A DNA stretch of 64,000 nucleotides from Tubiluchus corallicola. Its lineage: Eukaryota; Animalia; Priapulida. Within the stretch, counting starts at the first letter, position 1, and every line of letters starts with the position of its first letter. Under the pieces are notes generated by a model. That model did not search any database, was not told where the DNA came from, and saw nothing but the letters and a program-made list of their open reading frames with translations. The stretch covers positions 124,001 to 188,000 of the forward strand of contig JAQGDQ010000169.1 of the NCBI GenBank assembly GCA_030141605.1, read 5' to 3'. Made by a program: the position numbers and the translations under genes. Shown one piece after another: positions 53,701-64,000 of this stretch.

Positions 53701-56295
53701 TTGAAAAATCATTGTATGCATATAACTATATAATTAGATCAGTTGTCCATGGTTTCTTCTTCTCTGTGTGATTTAGGCCCAATGAACAATATAGTTTTTT
53801 AGAAATAAAAAATAAAAAGTGAATGTCTCTTCCTTTTTGCCACATTTTAGAAACAAATTCTTACCACAGACGTCATTAAATTTCCATTATCAGTTATACC
53901 AAAACACAAATTTTTAACTTGTTTTGCACATAATAAATTTCGCAGAATTTAACAAGTTATGCTTGTCAATATGATTTTTTGAGTCCATGGACAACAATAA
54001 GAAAAATATGCTCACTCAGCACTAAAGCAAAAATCTCTAAGGATTTAGATGGTTTGAATTTTTGGTCTAGGATGATCATTGAATTCTCATTGCTTTCACC
54101 TCTTTTGCTGTTGCTAGAAGGTTAGATCATTCTCGGTCAACCGTTTATTGGAGTGGTAACAGCACGTTATACAACGTAACATGTAGGGAATACTGTTATT
54201 TTAGTACTGAAAACAGGAGCGTCAGGATTAATAGCATATCGGATGTTAATGAAAGACGGTGGTTGGCAATGGTTACAAACAAGTTGTAGGATGGTGTATA
54301 AAAGCAGCAAACCTGACTTCATCATCTGTACTCATCGACCATTACTGTATGTATTCACAAAAAATATGTAAACAATTGTACAGCTATTTTGAGCACTGTT
54401 ATGGAGTAACAATTGATGTTAAGTTCCTGAATTCAGTTCAACTCTGTTAAACGTAGTGATGAGCTCGCAAAAATATTATGATGTACTTGAGCCATGCGTA
54501 TTGAAAGCTAAGGAAACTTTTTTGCAAGGTTAGTAATGTGATGACTAATGATACTTCGGAGAAGCTGTGGTAATGTTTAACAAAAGAATAAACGCTTTGA
54601 CGCGATTCTGATTTTGAAAAATAGACGTATCACCAGTTCACCAGTTATGCTGTCATCATGTGATCTTGTGAATATTAGAACTTAAAACAATATCATTATT
54701 CATAATGTAATTTACATAGTAGACAAGCTGGAAATCCTAAATGACAGATTGTTGTCTTAATTTAAAGAAAAAGCTTAAAGACAAGCTGTACAGACACTAA
54801 TGACACCACGAAGACTATGGCTCTACAGGTTACTTTTGATATGCTTTTGTATTTTTTGTAAGCTAATGATTATTCTCTTTATTTATAGAGAGGAAGAAGG
54901 TCGTGATTTGATGAGTAAACGAAATGCTGACTTCAAGCTGGCATTTTTTCAGCCCCAATTGCTTGCCAGTAGCATGTATGACTTTGATAGTGATGTCGAC
55001 TACTTAATGCCAGGTGTGAAACAAGTACGAGCAAGAAAATCAAAGAAAGATTTGCTGAATACCAGCAGACAACGAGGATTTCTCGATGCCGAAGCACTGA
55101 ATGGTAGCCTACTTACACCATCAATTAAGCCAGAAGTAGTGTATAACTACCCAAGTATAGAGTATGTGACACATCCACTCTATCCTCCAGAATTTGATAG
55201 TAGATTCCTTCATGCTACTGACGATCATAGGTTTACTTGTTATCCAAATGGCTACTATTCTGATCACAGACAATTTGCCACTTCTTTACCCTATTCTAGC
55301 TCGACAGCCAAAAGCTCCAAGTATGGTTATGATTTACAACGGCATTGTTACCCGGAAGTTGGCTATGGTTTAGATGTGTGCAAAGCTGGTGTGTACTCAA
55401 ATGGGGCAGCATTACTGAAAGAAGATACATCAGCAGTGAACTTTTCAAGTGTAGTGGAAAATCCGCTAAAAGACTTAGATGCGCGGCATCATAATCCGTT
55501 TTATCAAAACCCAAGTATACTTTCCAGTGATCAACTGTTGTGCAATATGTCCGCCCAATATTCAACGTCGTATGATTTTTTGTGTGGTTCAGAACCTTAT
55601 TATTCCATACAATCAAAGACTTTAGAAGAACGTAACAAAACAAAAAGTTGTCGAGTCGTTGGTAATGTTTTAAGAAGGTCCTATTCTGACTCGCAAAGAG
55701 ATGAGTTGAGTGCAGCTTTTAAACTGCAGACAGATGTTCGACAGCCAACGTGGCCATCACCAAATCAAGCCTCAAGCATGTGGTGTGCTAGTTCGCTCAC
55801 CAATGGTGGTTCTCCACATTCTAGTCCAAATCCTGATACTAGTAAGTATGGTGCAAGCCAGAAATCATGTGCCGTGGTTTCAGAACAGCAAAGAACTCTA
55901 GAGATACCAGCAAATGGTGCTCATAATTCTTGTACAAAAGCCAGTGTAATCAAGTCTGCATGGCTTCCTCATCCAACAATACCGTCCAACCACAACAGCC
56001 GAATCAGAGAGTCATGCATCATCAGTACTGGTTCTGTGATCCGATGCGCAAATGATGCTGAGGTAATTAGACTACTTAAGTTACACTTTTCTAAAAATTT
56101 CACTGCATATCTGCTTTGTTCTCTTCAATTTTAGAATACCCACTACTTTTTTAACATCTGTCTCTGATAATGCACATCTACTTGTCTGTAATAGGTCTGT
56201 ATTTTTAGGTGGCAATACAAAAAGCGGTCAACGATGGTGCAATCAATCCTTTACTATCCTTCTCAGAAGTGACGAACACTTTACTGAATCACTGA
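12538..56295 (+). CDS. AHR: Aryl hydrocarbon receptor / spineless orthologue (bHLH-PAS transcription factor), 11 coding exons, 785 aa: join(12538..12578,26967..27163,50675..50793,51255..51344,51866..52001,52392..52465,53020..53210,53546..53652,54205..54346,54889..56062,56209..56295)
   Basis: Manual splicing gives an uninterrupted 2358-nt frame with GT-AG introns and matching phases. Diagnostic AHR motifs: [87 protein letters not shown]. Confidence 0.95.
14244..14545 (-). mobile_element. Degenerate CR1-like LINE fragment
   Basis: (tctaaa)n tail on the minus strand (tttagatttagatt on +) and a frameshifted LE..SP..QD..QR.F remnant resembling the CR1 RT thumb region. Confidence 0.35.
14590..14790 (+). 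repeat. Dispersed ~200-bp pyrimidine-rich repeat, copy A
   Basis: Aligns with 37360-37559; shared blocks ttttttgtatgctcgc, ccgttctttgtttca, catttgctattt, acattcttcttagcgttta, ttattcccttatttcttt, ccactttatttctctctctc. Confidence 0.9.
14784..14952. repeat. Interrupted (CT)n microsatellite
   Basis: Directly visible. Confidence 0.95.
15192..15357 (+). CDS. Candidate alternative first coding exon of AHR (ATG 15269; [29 protein letters not shown][S])
   Basis: Long pyrimidine tract plus tcag acceptor ending 15191; in-frame TAA just before the ATG; 29 open codons; cag|gtaatt donor in phase 2, in frame with exon 2. Confidence 0.5.
22814..22960. repeat. Minisatellite, about 3.2 copies of a ~47-bp unit
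   Basis: ttgcaa..tacgttcaaa.ttagtt..aaaaa.ctact recurs at 22818, 22865 and 22911, with a partial copy at 22952. Confidence 0.9.
26585..26900. repeat. Degenerate (GAT/GAC)n trinucleotide tract
   Basis: Directly visible, ending about 65 nt before the bHLH exon acceptor. Similar tracts at 7820-7980, 19650-19745 and 21360-21505. Confidence 0.85.
26967..27163 (+). CDS. AHR: AHR exon 2, bHLH domain
   Basis: tttcag| ... aag|gtaagg; translates [65 protein letters not shown]. Confidence 0.97.
28170..28810. repeat. Pyrimidine-rich low-complexity tract with (TTCG)n, (TTCA)n and (TTTC)n
   Basis: Directly visible. Confidence 0.9.
35178..35455. mobile_element. MITE-like element with degenerate terminal inverted repeats
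   Basis: gcgatactct (35199-35208) is the exact reverse complement of agagtatcgc (35430-35439); outer ccga/tcgg also pair; GC-rich relative to the flanks. Confidence 0.45.
37360..37559 (+). repeat. Dispersed ~200-bp pyrimidine-rich repeat, copy B
   Basis: Same-orientation homologue of 14590-14790; followed by (CA)n. Confidence 0.9.
37559..37629. repeat. (CA)n microsatellite
   Basis: Directly visible. Confidence 0.95.
41553..41860. repeat. (CT)n tract followed by an inverted (GA)n tract
   Basis: (CT) about 30 units at 41553-41613; GA-rich 41730-41860. Confidence 0.95.
43835..44123. repeat. Two clusters of degenerate 15-16-bp tandem units (wgtaccaaacttttc-like)
   Basis: agtaccaaacctttcc, agtactaaactttctt, agtaccatattttcc, tgtaccaaaaaaact, agtaccaaattttct, tgtaccaaacctact, agtacgaaacttact. 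Confidence 0.8.
50675..50793 (+). CDS. AHR: AHR exon 3, bHLH-PAS-A linker
   Basis: cttttcag| ... ctg|gttagt; phase 1 in, phase 0 out, exactly bridging exons 2 and 4; [10 protein letters not shown]...QIDVNDINL. Divergent sequence, so support is from splice sites and phase. Confidence 0.8.
51255..51344 (+). CDS. AHR: AHR exon 4, PAS-A start
   Basis: [30 protein letters not shown]; tttcag| and cag|gtacag. Confidence 0.96.
51382..51665. mobile_element. hAT-like MITE in AHR intron 4
   Basis: Right end taaatccgaccctg; eroded left end caggactta; internal gggccc/ggcca repeats; flanking 8-mers aacttaat and aacgtaac match 6/8, consistent with an old 8-bp TSD. Confidence 0.6.
51866..52001 (+). CDS. 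AHR: AHR exon 5, PAS-A
   Basis: [45 protein letters not shown]; tttcag| and cag|gtatgc. Confidence 0.96.
52392..52465 (+). CDS. AHR: AHR exon 6, PAS-A
   Basis: [25 protein letters not shown]; gtttag| and cta|gtaagt. Confidence 0.96.
52892..53049 (+). repeat. Three tandem ~52-bp copies spanning the AHR exon 7 acceptor
   Basis: Copies at 52892-52943, 52944-52994 and 52995-53049 share caag...ttg.ag..gtt.aaa...aagaatgat.tt. Confidence 0.8.
53020..53210 (+). CDS. AHR: AHR exon 7, PAS-A end / PAS-B start
   Basis: [15 protein letters not shown]...[15 protein letters not shown]...[18 protein letters not shown]; tttgcag| and cag|gttcgt. Confidence 0.95.
53546..53652 (+). CDS. AHR: AHR exon 8, PAS-B
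   Basis: [35 protein letters not shown]; ttctag| and |gtaagt. Confidence 0.96.
54205..54346 (+). CDS. AHR: AHR exon 9, PAS-B/PAC
   Basis: [47 protein letters not shown]; ttttag| and |gtatgt. Confidence 0.96.
54889..56062 (+). CDS. AHR: AHR exon 10, C-terminal Ser/Tyr/Pro-rich region (putative transactivation domain)
   Basis: Lies in the 444-aa ORF of the track; begins [11 protein letters not shown], the conserved end of PAS-B, after ttatag|; donor gag|gtaatt at 56062/56063. Confidence 0.92.
56209..56295 (+). CDS. AHR: AHR exon 11, terminal coding exon
   Basis: tttttag|; phase 0; [28 protein letters not shown]. The ending resembles, from my recollection, the C-terminal SEVTNTLL motif of protostome spineless proteins. 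Confidence 0.85.
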   Translation: MAIQKAVNDGAINPLLSFSEVTNTLLNH

Positions 56296-56737
56296 AATGG
56301 GAAGACAGTGTTGACATCACATGCTCAAACCACATTGCCACAACTAAAATGAATGAACTATTTATTTGTTAGTACTTAACAAATGTCTACCACAAACATG
56401 CCAAATTCGGGGTTTAAGGCCATTAGATGTCTACATTCAAAATCTTCTTTAATCTAACTAGATTTTACTGGACTGTTTTATGTAGTTTATGTATTTCTCT
56501 CGAAAATAATCGTCAGCTATGAAACAAAAATTGTATACTAAATGTATGCATGTGATTTAAAAAGTATCCTCAGGCAAATTTTGGGGGGAACTTTTTAACT
56601 TTTGCCATGTTTCCTAAGTTCTTGGTCTACAATATTGGACTTAATTCTGTGATGATAAAACCCTAGAGCAGTCTGAAAAGATCTGGAGTACTTCATCCGA
56701 GCCACACTGCCCACTTATTTTTCCGTCTTTCTGGTAT

Positions 56738-56743
56738 AATAAA
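56738..56743 (+). terminator. Candidate proximal polyadenylation signal of AHR
   Basis: First AATAAA I found after the stop; another at 58292-58297 and several ATTAAA in between. Confidence 0.35.
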
Positions 56744-58309
56744 AACTGCACAAGAAATGAAAAATTAATTATGTAATATATCAGATGACAGCATTCACAT
56801 ACTGTTCAAAATTTGTGTTTTATGATACCAGATTCAGATGGAGGTGTTCTAATTCTGCTAAAATTCAGCAAGTTATATTCAAGGCCTATTGAAATTTAGG
56901 TGATACCTACCGCAAATTTTATATTCACATTTTTAAATAATTACAATCCACCACAGTTACATGATCAAAATCTTTATTTAAAAAACTGCAAATTGAAATA
57001 GCTATACTATACAAACTGAGCTGTACTTGTTTTTTGTCGTCACCTGAAAGGCTGAAAGCACCTTCGCAGAGTTCAGGGAATATAATATTCTGAATTATCA
57101 TGACACGTTTGGCAACCAGAGTTAAGAATGGCACAGAGGCTGATCAGTGAATGGGTGGGTCAGTGCAGTGTCTCATTTTACAGCCACTGCCTTTATAAAT
57201 ATTGTGGTAGAAGTACAGTTTAATTTATAACAAATAGCTCATTAAAGCCTCATTTTGAACTACAACTGTAGTGAGGTAATCATTTGTCTAATGAGAATAA
57301 CAATAACTATGTAAGCACGTCATGTTTTTTACAATTAAAATTTCAAATGCAAACTAGTCAGTATAAAAAGAAATTAGCATGTGCCAGAAAATTGAACTGT
57401 ATAGTGCACAGTCAGCAACCTATACTCTCCATCACCTATTTGCATAACTTATTTAAATTGAGACTAATGTTAAATTCTAATGCTTTAATTTATACATTGA
57501 TAGTTAAGGGCTTTTATAATTATATATACATATGTATTTTTGGGGTAAGGTGATTATAAAAGGCAGATCATTAATTAATTACATTCTTCATCCAAAGTTA
57601 CGTGTTGTTTTATGTTGTGTTGGCAGTCCCAACAAATATCTCTAAAAATTGTATATAAGCCATGTTGCACTGTTATTTTATTTATTTATTATTGCAATGT
57701 ATACAATGTATATAATGTGCTTTTGATGTTAACTAGACAACTTTTGTAAGTGTATTTTTTCTAAGTGGTTATACAGCGAATGAAAATAACTTTTTAAAAG
57801 CTTTGATTATTTTAACAATGTAAGGCGCAAAACATGTTTATGTGAGTATGTTTACACACGTTGCAGATGGATCACGATGTTTTTTTGCAATTAAAGTCAA
57901 GCTACAAAAAACAATGTCACGTAAAATTATTGTGTAGTGGAACAATGCAATCTTACCAATGTCAATTCTCTAACATATATACGAATTTCTTTTTGAGAAA
58001 ATGATCAGTGTCTTATAAAGTGCACATTTGTTTTGTGTTTAATTTTTTAATTATTGTTCTGGCAATACTGTTGCAGCTGCGAATGAGGTTACTGCTTTTG
58101 TTGTCGACATGTCGTTACTTTTATTCAATGTGGCACACTACAAGCAAGTACCTACTAATCAACACTTAACATCAGAGCACACTTATTATGTTCATGGTTG
58201 AAAGAGAGTCAAAATTTACCTAATCATCAAGAATTATTCTCGAAAATGAGACACTAAACCAGCAGAGGTGTTTTAGTCACATATGCTCCAAAATAAACAT
58301 ATATATAAA

Positions 58310-58740
58310 ATTCGAGGCCACAGCTCCGACGACGGCACCATTTCTGGCGATCTATATATCAAACGAAAGGTCTCAATCTAGTGTCATGCCATTGGGGATT
58401 TATTTTTCGAATAGGACCCACCGGGGGGCGAAAAACCTCCAAACCACTTTCCAGCCGTTTTTTGCAAAACTTATCTCTTATTTCTGGAGAATGGGAATAG
58501 GCCATGGTGGTGCTGGCCCGTTCAGAGGTGGGTGTAGTCACTGCGTCCCGTAAAGGACGTTTTCCTGTATCCAACTCTCAATTTTTTCGAAATTTTGGCC
58601 AAATGCCTGTAGAAAAAAACGTTCTAGAGGCGCTTAGTGTGACTCTTGGAAGGAGATATATGGCTCTTTAGAAAGAGGAAAAACGGGGCTACAGGGCTAC
58701 AAGAACACGAACAACATGGTGTAGGCTATATTTTAGGACA
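58310..58740. mobile_element. Probable non-autonomous DNA transposon relic between the convergent genes
   Basis: Abrupt GC-richer block containing tatatcaaacgaaaggtctc and gagatatatggc, motifs of a kind I associate with invertebrate MITE/Helentron interiors; no coding signal. Confidence 0.35.
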
Positions 58741-59708
58741 CATCTACCAAGAGGAGTGATGACGAGTTAATTAGATTTTCCATTTTTGGCAATCTTCGCT
58801 TGGAAAACTGCTGAAGCAAAGCCATTGTTCTGATGCATCCACTATACTCTGCCTATAACCTTATAAATTTAATTCAGTAAGAGCTGCTACTGGCTTTGCA
58901 TTATAAATGAGGACTATGTAGGATGTTCGCGTATTAGTGATTATAAGTGTATTTAAATGCAAAATTTTTTGCGTGGCCTACGCTAGTTAAATAATAATTA
59001 CCTCGGATACTCAAATTTCATTAAACTTTCAAAGCTACGTGTGGCTCAGTGAATTTACTAAGATTGGCAGCAGCGCCTTCTGTCACGACAAATAGAAGGC
59101 AGTACTGTGATAACCATGATATTGAACTGCTGTGTTAGTTTCATACGATGTAAAGCCCATTTTTCATGACATCATACGTTTAAGCAGTACGGTAACACCT
59201 ATACAAATGTGCTTAATTCGCAAGGGAAGAAGCCTGCCATTGCACAAACTGTAGTCAGTTTCTGACATAAGCAATAACTGTGTTCGGTTGCCGTTAATTA
59301 CCTTTCAAAGCTAATTATTCAAATATAAGGAACAATTGTTAACTTTTATAGGCAAGAAAATGTATATTTTGGACAGTAAATTAAAATGAGATTGAGTCTA
59401 CACAATCGTCCAGTCTTCCTTTAACTGGAAGCATTTTACCCGATTAAAGTAACCAGAAATAATTTTCACGATGGTTACCTACACAGTTACTAACCAAGCT
59501 AGGCACTACTTAATCTAGTCATTAAATCACACCATCGCTACTCGGCTATTCCCATCGCCCATCATGCAATGCTTCTATAGTCATTACTATCCATATTTGT
59601 TTCGATTGCAACTGTGGATAAAGCTCATCTCAAAATGCTGCATGAAAGGTTGATTTTGAGTCACGTTAATCATTAAGAATGTAACAATATCTATACTGGT
59701 TCATTTTG

Positions 59709-59714
59709 TTTATT
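59709..59714 (-). terminator. Candidate polyadenylation signal (AATAAA) of the zinc-finger gene
   Basis: tttatt on the + strand, about 600 nt past the stop codon. Confidence 0.35.
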
Positions 59715-60306
59715 ATTCTCTTATGCTTGAAAGCCATTCTTCAATAGATTATGCTTTAAGAACCCAATAACAAATATTTTGTCTAGTGTATACAACTTGC
59801 AGCAAACATGTTCAAGTACTGATGTACATACAGTGTGTAACTAAATTATACAATAACAATAACAGCATACAACTTAGAGAAGCATGAAAACACTAACGAG
59901 GTCGGACTGTCTAAAATTTGGTATTATACAGATTTTTCTTGTAAGGATAAATCTGACCCTTTTTTCAGTCGACTTATAATACAATGACTAAAGTTGACCC
60001 AAACAACCACTATCAGAAAATTAGATATACTGGCACCTCTTAAATTCACACCAATAAAATAAAAAAAATGATGATGATGCTAATCAATAGTATGCATACT
60101 ATCGACAAGTATGCTTACCAATGTCAGAAACTTAACCATAATACAAATGCTTTTAAAACAAATTTCATTCATGACGATTACATCTTGAACATATGTAGAT
60201 TCTAGATCTTTAATTTAAAGGTTTAGCTACCTGTTACCTTCATTAATCTATAATGTTATAGTATAAAAACTGATACCTAAATAAACCAACTGACAAATCG
60301 GCATGC

Positions 60307-61236
60307 TTAACTATTTTTTATCATTATGCCAGCTGCTATAAAACCTGGCAATTGCGTTGTTAGTTTATTCTCATTACGAAAATCCTCACCTGGTAATAAT
60401 GGCAAATGAGAAAGCTTATGAGATCTAGCTGCTGCCATCATAACATCTCTGCAATCTGGACTTACTTCACTCTGCTGAGTTATCGGTACTGGTGCAGGAA
60501 ATATGGCATCATTACGTGCACAGCTATTGTGGACATCAGATTTCAACTTTCTGTCATCATTTCCTGGACATTTCTGTACATGATTTTTTAACTTGTCTGA
60601 CCGGGTATATTCTGCTGGACAGTTCATGCATTTATACAACTTTGCGTTATGTCTTTCAGCAGAGCTTAATTGCATTTTATTGTCAGCTGTTGTTTGGCAT
60701 TTCTGTGAGTGTTTTTTCAGTTTGTCAGACCTACTATAAGCTGCATGGCAGTGAAGGCACTGATAGGGTTTAATCCCACTATGGATGATTTTGTGACGCT
60801 TTAATTTGTCGGTTCGCGCAAATGCTGCACCGCAGGCATCACACATGTGTGGTTTATCTCCCGTGTGTGTCAGCAGATGGCGCTTCAAATGACTGTTAGA
60901 ACGGAATTCTTTAGTGCAGATATTGCAATGACGAGTTTTTCCACCATCATGGTGCCATCCTAAATGTTCTGTCAAATGACAAACATCTCTGAAACTGTCA
61001 GAACACAATGGACAATCATGCATTTTTGCTTTGTCATTCTTACTTGTATCAACACTCGGTTCTTTTCTTACATGCAGCTCAGACTTGATTTTGTTTTTTG
61101 CACTGTGTTTATTTTGTCCCCCTGTGATGACTTCGCACTCTTGTAAAAAGAAATGGTCCTCAAGCAGCTTTCTGCTGGCAAAATGTTTAAAGCAATAGTG
61201 ACATGCATACGATGACTGACTTTCTTCAGGATCCAT
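60307..61236 (-). CDS. Zinc-finger protein, 309 aa, six C2H2/C2HC fingers, single coding exon
   Basis: Track ORF 60307-61314; first ATG is at 61236 (MDPEESQ). Fingers with TGDKP and SGIKP linkers, e.g. CNICTKEFRSNSHLKRHLLTH, CDACGAAFARTDKLKRHKIIH, CLHCHAAYSRSDKLKKHSQKC. A minus-strand acceptor ttttttgcag at about 61388 suggests a spliced 5'UTR. Confidence 0.92.
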   Translation of the reverse strand: MDPEESQSSYACHYCFKHFASRKLLEDHFFLQECEVITGGQNKHSAKNKIKSELHVRKEPSVDTSKNDKAKMHDCPLCSDSFRDVCHLTEHLGWHHDGGKTRHCNICTKEFRSNSHLKRHLLTHTGDKPHMCDACGAAFARTDKLKRHKIIHSGIKPYQCLHCHAAYSRSDKLKKHSQKCQTTADNKMQLSSAERHNAKLYKCMNCPAEYTRSDKLKNHVQKCPGNDDRKLKSDVHNSCARNDAIFPAPVPITQQSEVSPDCRDVMMAAARSHKLSHLPLLPGEDFRNENKLTTQLPGFIAAGIMIKNS

Positions 61237-61987
61237 ATTCAAAGTTTTAACAAAAATATCACGTTGACAATTGTCGACAAGAGTACATTGATATGATAGA
61301 ATCACAGCAATCAAAACTAGTTAATTCAGATATTTCACACGATTGGTCATCCAAGTCATCCAAATGTCATATCACTCAGTAACACATCTGCAAAAAATGG
61401 GGATAAGTAAGATTTCGCAAATAATTGCACCTGATAATATGCCTAGTGTGTATATGTTACTAAAATCACTTTTTTAAAGCAGCTTTCAACATTTGCACAC
61501 TGTCCATGCTCAACTGGTGGCAGGTTTTCTAATCTCTGCCTTTAAGGCATGAATATTAAACAGTCAGTTAGTCACTCAATGAATTAGTCATTCATTCAAT
61601 CATTTAGTTGTGAGTTAGATGCCACTAATTCAAAAAGTCAATCAAACAATTTCCAAATAAAAAACTTTAAAACAAAATTCTGTGAATGGACTATAAAAAA
61701 TTAATGTTAGACAAAAAAACAAATTTTCTTTACTGAGCTGATATCGACACAACAGCTTAAAAAGGTAATAATATTTCACGCACAGCAAATTATGCAAGTT
61801 GTGTATTAGTATTAGTTATCAGCATTATATAATGCACTGTGTGCTCATTGTCTTCACTTTTCGGAACTTGTCTCACTCTACGAATAAACACACGTGTCTA
61901 GTGTTTACAAGGTGTAGCATTACTATATGTGTGATTGCACAGCAAAATCGTCCATAAGTCGGCAATTAAGCTTTTCTAGTTACTCAC

Positions 61988-62099
61988 ATATCCCGAATCT
62001 CCATTTCATGACCTCGGATCATTTTGCTACTAAGTTTATCGTTCTATGTTGTTTCTAAGCTGAGATAATCCACGTTGAAGTTGAAGTGCAGGTTACATG
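61988..62099 (-). other. Candidate non-coding 5'UTR exon of the zinc-finger gene
   Basis: Minus-strand acceptor aaatttttcag (AG ending at 62100) and donor gtgagt (61987-61982), upstream of the acceptor at about 61388. Confidence 0.35.
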
Positions 62100-64000
62100 C
62101 TGAAAAATTTCACTTTGAGAAAATCGTTATTAAAGTTAGCCATTGTTTTTGTCGCAATTCTGCAAAACACTTAGCAACCAGACAAATGTTGGTTGCTACA
62201 GACTTTGCAAGAAAACATTGATGTAATGTTTAGATATAGTAGATGACTCTTTCTGACAAAGATCTGGGCTTGTCAACAGAAAAAACCTGAAGCAAAATGA
62301 CTGCTTCCACGAGCTACTATCGGGGTTTGAACATGCAAGTTTTTTACAAAGCAGTACTAGTTTCCAGCCAGAAAAGTGGGCATGGGGTTACAAAATTAGA
62401 TTTTTAGTATTTTTTTCAACATTTTCTTGATAATTTGATACTACCATATACAACTCCAATATATTTAGCATTTCGTTTTTATAAAATACGAAAAATTGAC
62501 ATTTGACCAAATTTTTGTGTCATTCTATTTTGAAGCATCATAAAGTAGTTTTAACTATGTCGACTTAAGGATGGTTTTGGTATGCAAGCACACATATGAT
62601 TCATTTAGAGGTGACCGTAGCCATATTACACAACTACAAGTGTTTCATTCACACTTTTCAGTCTGAACAGAATAGCAACAAGATAAATTACAGTTTTCAT
62701 TGTCTCTCACATACCTCTTGCAAACAGTATTGGAGTCTTCAATACTGTTAGAATAGTTGTTAAGATTCACGATATAACTGTTTATTATTTTTGTAATAAA
62801 TATAACTATCATAACGTATGTGAAAGGTAGTCCTACATTTAACTTAAATAAATACTGATTATACATGTTGGGAGTCACTTAGCTCATTAAATGTAAGCCA
62901 CTTAGAAAAAAATTCTGTCTTATCTCATGAGCTCAAAAGATTATTGAATTGTACAGCACACATACAGATAAGACAGAACCAAATGTGGAAGACTGATAGA
63001 TAGATAAGGAAAGATATTTAGATACGAAATATGGGGTTACAATGAGCTCGCTCGATTAACCTCTACGACTCTTATATTTTAAGAGTGGCAGTATGCTATG
63101 GTATGGAATGCAACTTGTTCAAGCGTCACAACACTTTACAAGTAAAAAGTAAAACTCGCCTAAAACATTTATTAGTTATAATTGAATGCATGTACAAACA
63201 AACTTGCAGTACCGGGTAACCGATAACGGTATTTGAGTTCAAGAGAATCTGTGCATGTGTAACAGTGTAAGTGCGGTGTATGGGTTAGCGTACCAAACGG
63301 TGCAAAACATACATTACCTCTGAATATAAAGTAATTGTTGCCAATATATACGATTCATTATCCAAATTGAAGCCACATGTTTTCTAAGCCATTAACATTC
63401 CAAGTTAAAAGAGGCAAAGCCAATATATTTCGTGATCCAAAGCTTTGGCAATATCCAAGTTGAGCGTCGACAGAGGTTAGTACAAGTTGTACGTATCAAC
63501 CGAGATCCTTAATATTAACTGTGGCGTGCGGAAAGAGTTGAATCGTTTGAGCTGAGAGATAATAAGGACATCCTACGTTGCATTATTTAACTTATTTGCA
63601 CGATCAAGCCATATTCTGATAAACATCTTCAGCATAATTTTCATCATCATTACCATACGCCCGTCACGTCTATTGTAGACATTGGGCAGGCAGAATTCTA
63701 AAATAAAAGAAATCTGCCTTCAGACAGATTAATTCTGACTTTAATTAGCAGAAAAATCGAAAAATGTGACAGATCTTCGTGACTTTGTTAATTTTGTCAC
63801 CACTGACTTACGAACAATTGATTTTGTTCCACCCTCCAAGACCAGTGCTGGACGAACGCCGATAAATAGTTACATGCATTTTTAATGTGCCTCTATTGTT
63901 GCTTTCTATGCTGCTGTTGTTTTGTTTTGCTGTTACGGGAAGAATATCAGGAAGTTATGGTTAATGATACACCGGATTATATCGACATCAAGAATAATGT

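Noticed and set aside
54800-54888. N-terminal part of the 444-aa ORF as an independent gene start
   Set aside because: It is intron 9 sequence; AHR homology resumes exactly at the acceptor at 54889.
55296-55901. Overlapping ORFs 55296-55643(-) and 55710-55901(+)
   Set aside because: Shadow frames of AHR exon 10 with no recognisable motifs.
61237-61314. Extended N-terminus of the zinc-finger ORF in the track
   Set aside because: It starts at a non-ATG codon; the first ATG is at 61236 and upstream frames are closed by stops.

Overview
AT-rich animal (protostome-like invertebrate) genomic DNA, not prokaryotic. The window is dominated by one spliced + strand gene that the ORF track mostly misses: an aryl hydrocarbon receptor/spineless (AHR) orthologue. 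I rebuilt it by hand as 11 coding exons from ATG 12538 to TGA 56295 (2358 nt, 785 aa; bHLH, PAS-A, PAS-B, long C-terminal region). All introns are GT-AG and phase-consistent, including two large ones of 14.4 and 23.5 kb. A convergent single-coding-exon C2H2/C2HC zinc-finger gene lies on the - strand (60307-61236). The rest is intronic or intergenic DNA with microsatellites, CR1-type LINE 3' relics, MITE/Helentron-like elements and short tandem repeats. The most interesting signals concern AHR splicing: a candidate second first-coding exon (ATG 15269) that joins the bHLH exon in frame and drops the YATKRRRR basic motif, a candidate recursive-splice/poison-exon site, an in-frame 45-nt candidate cassette exon, and a tandem triplication of a splice acceptor. 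All are predictions from sequence alone and need RNA evidence.
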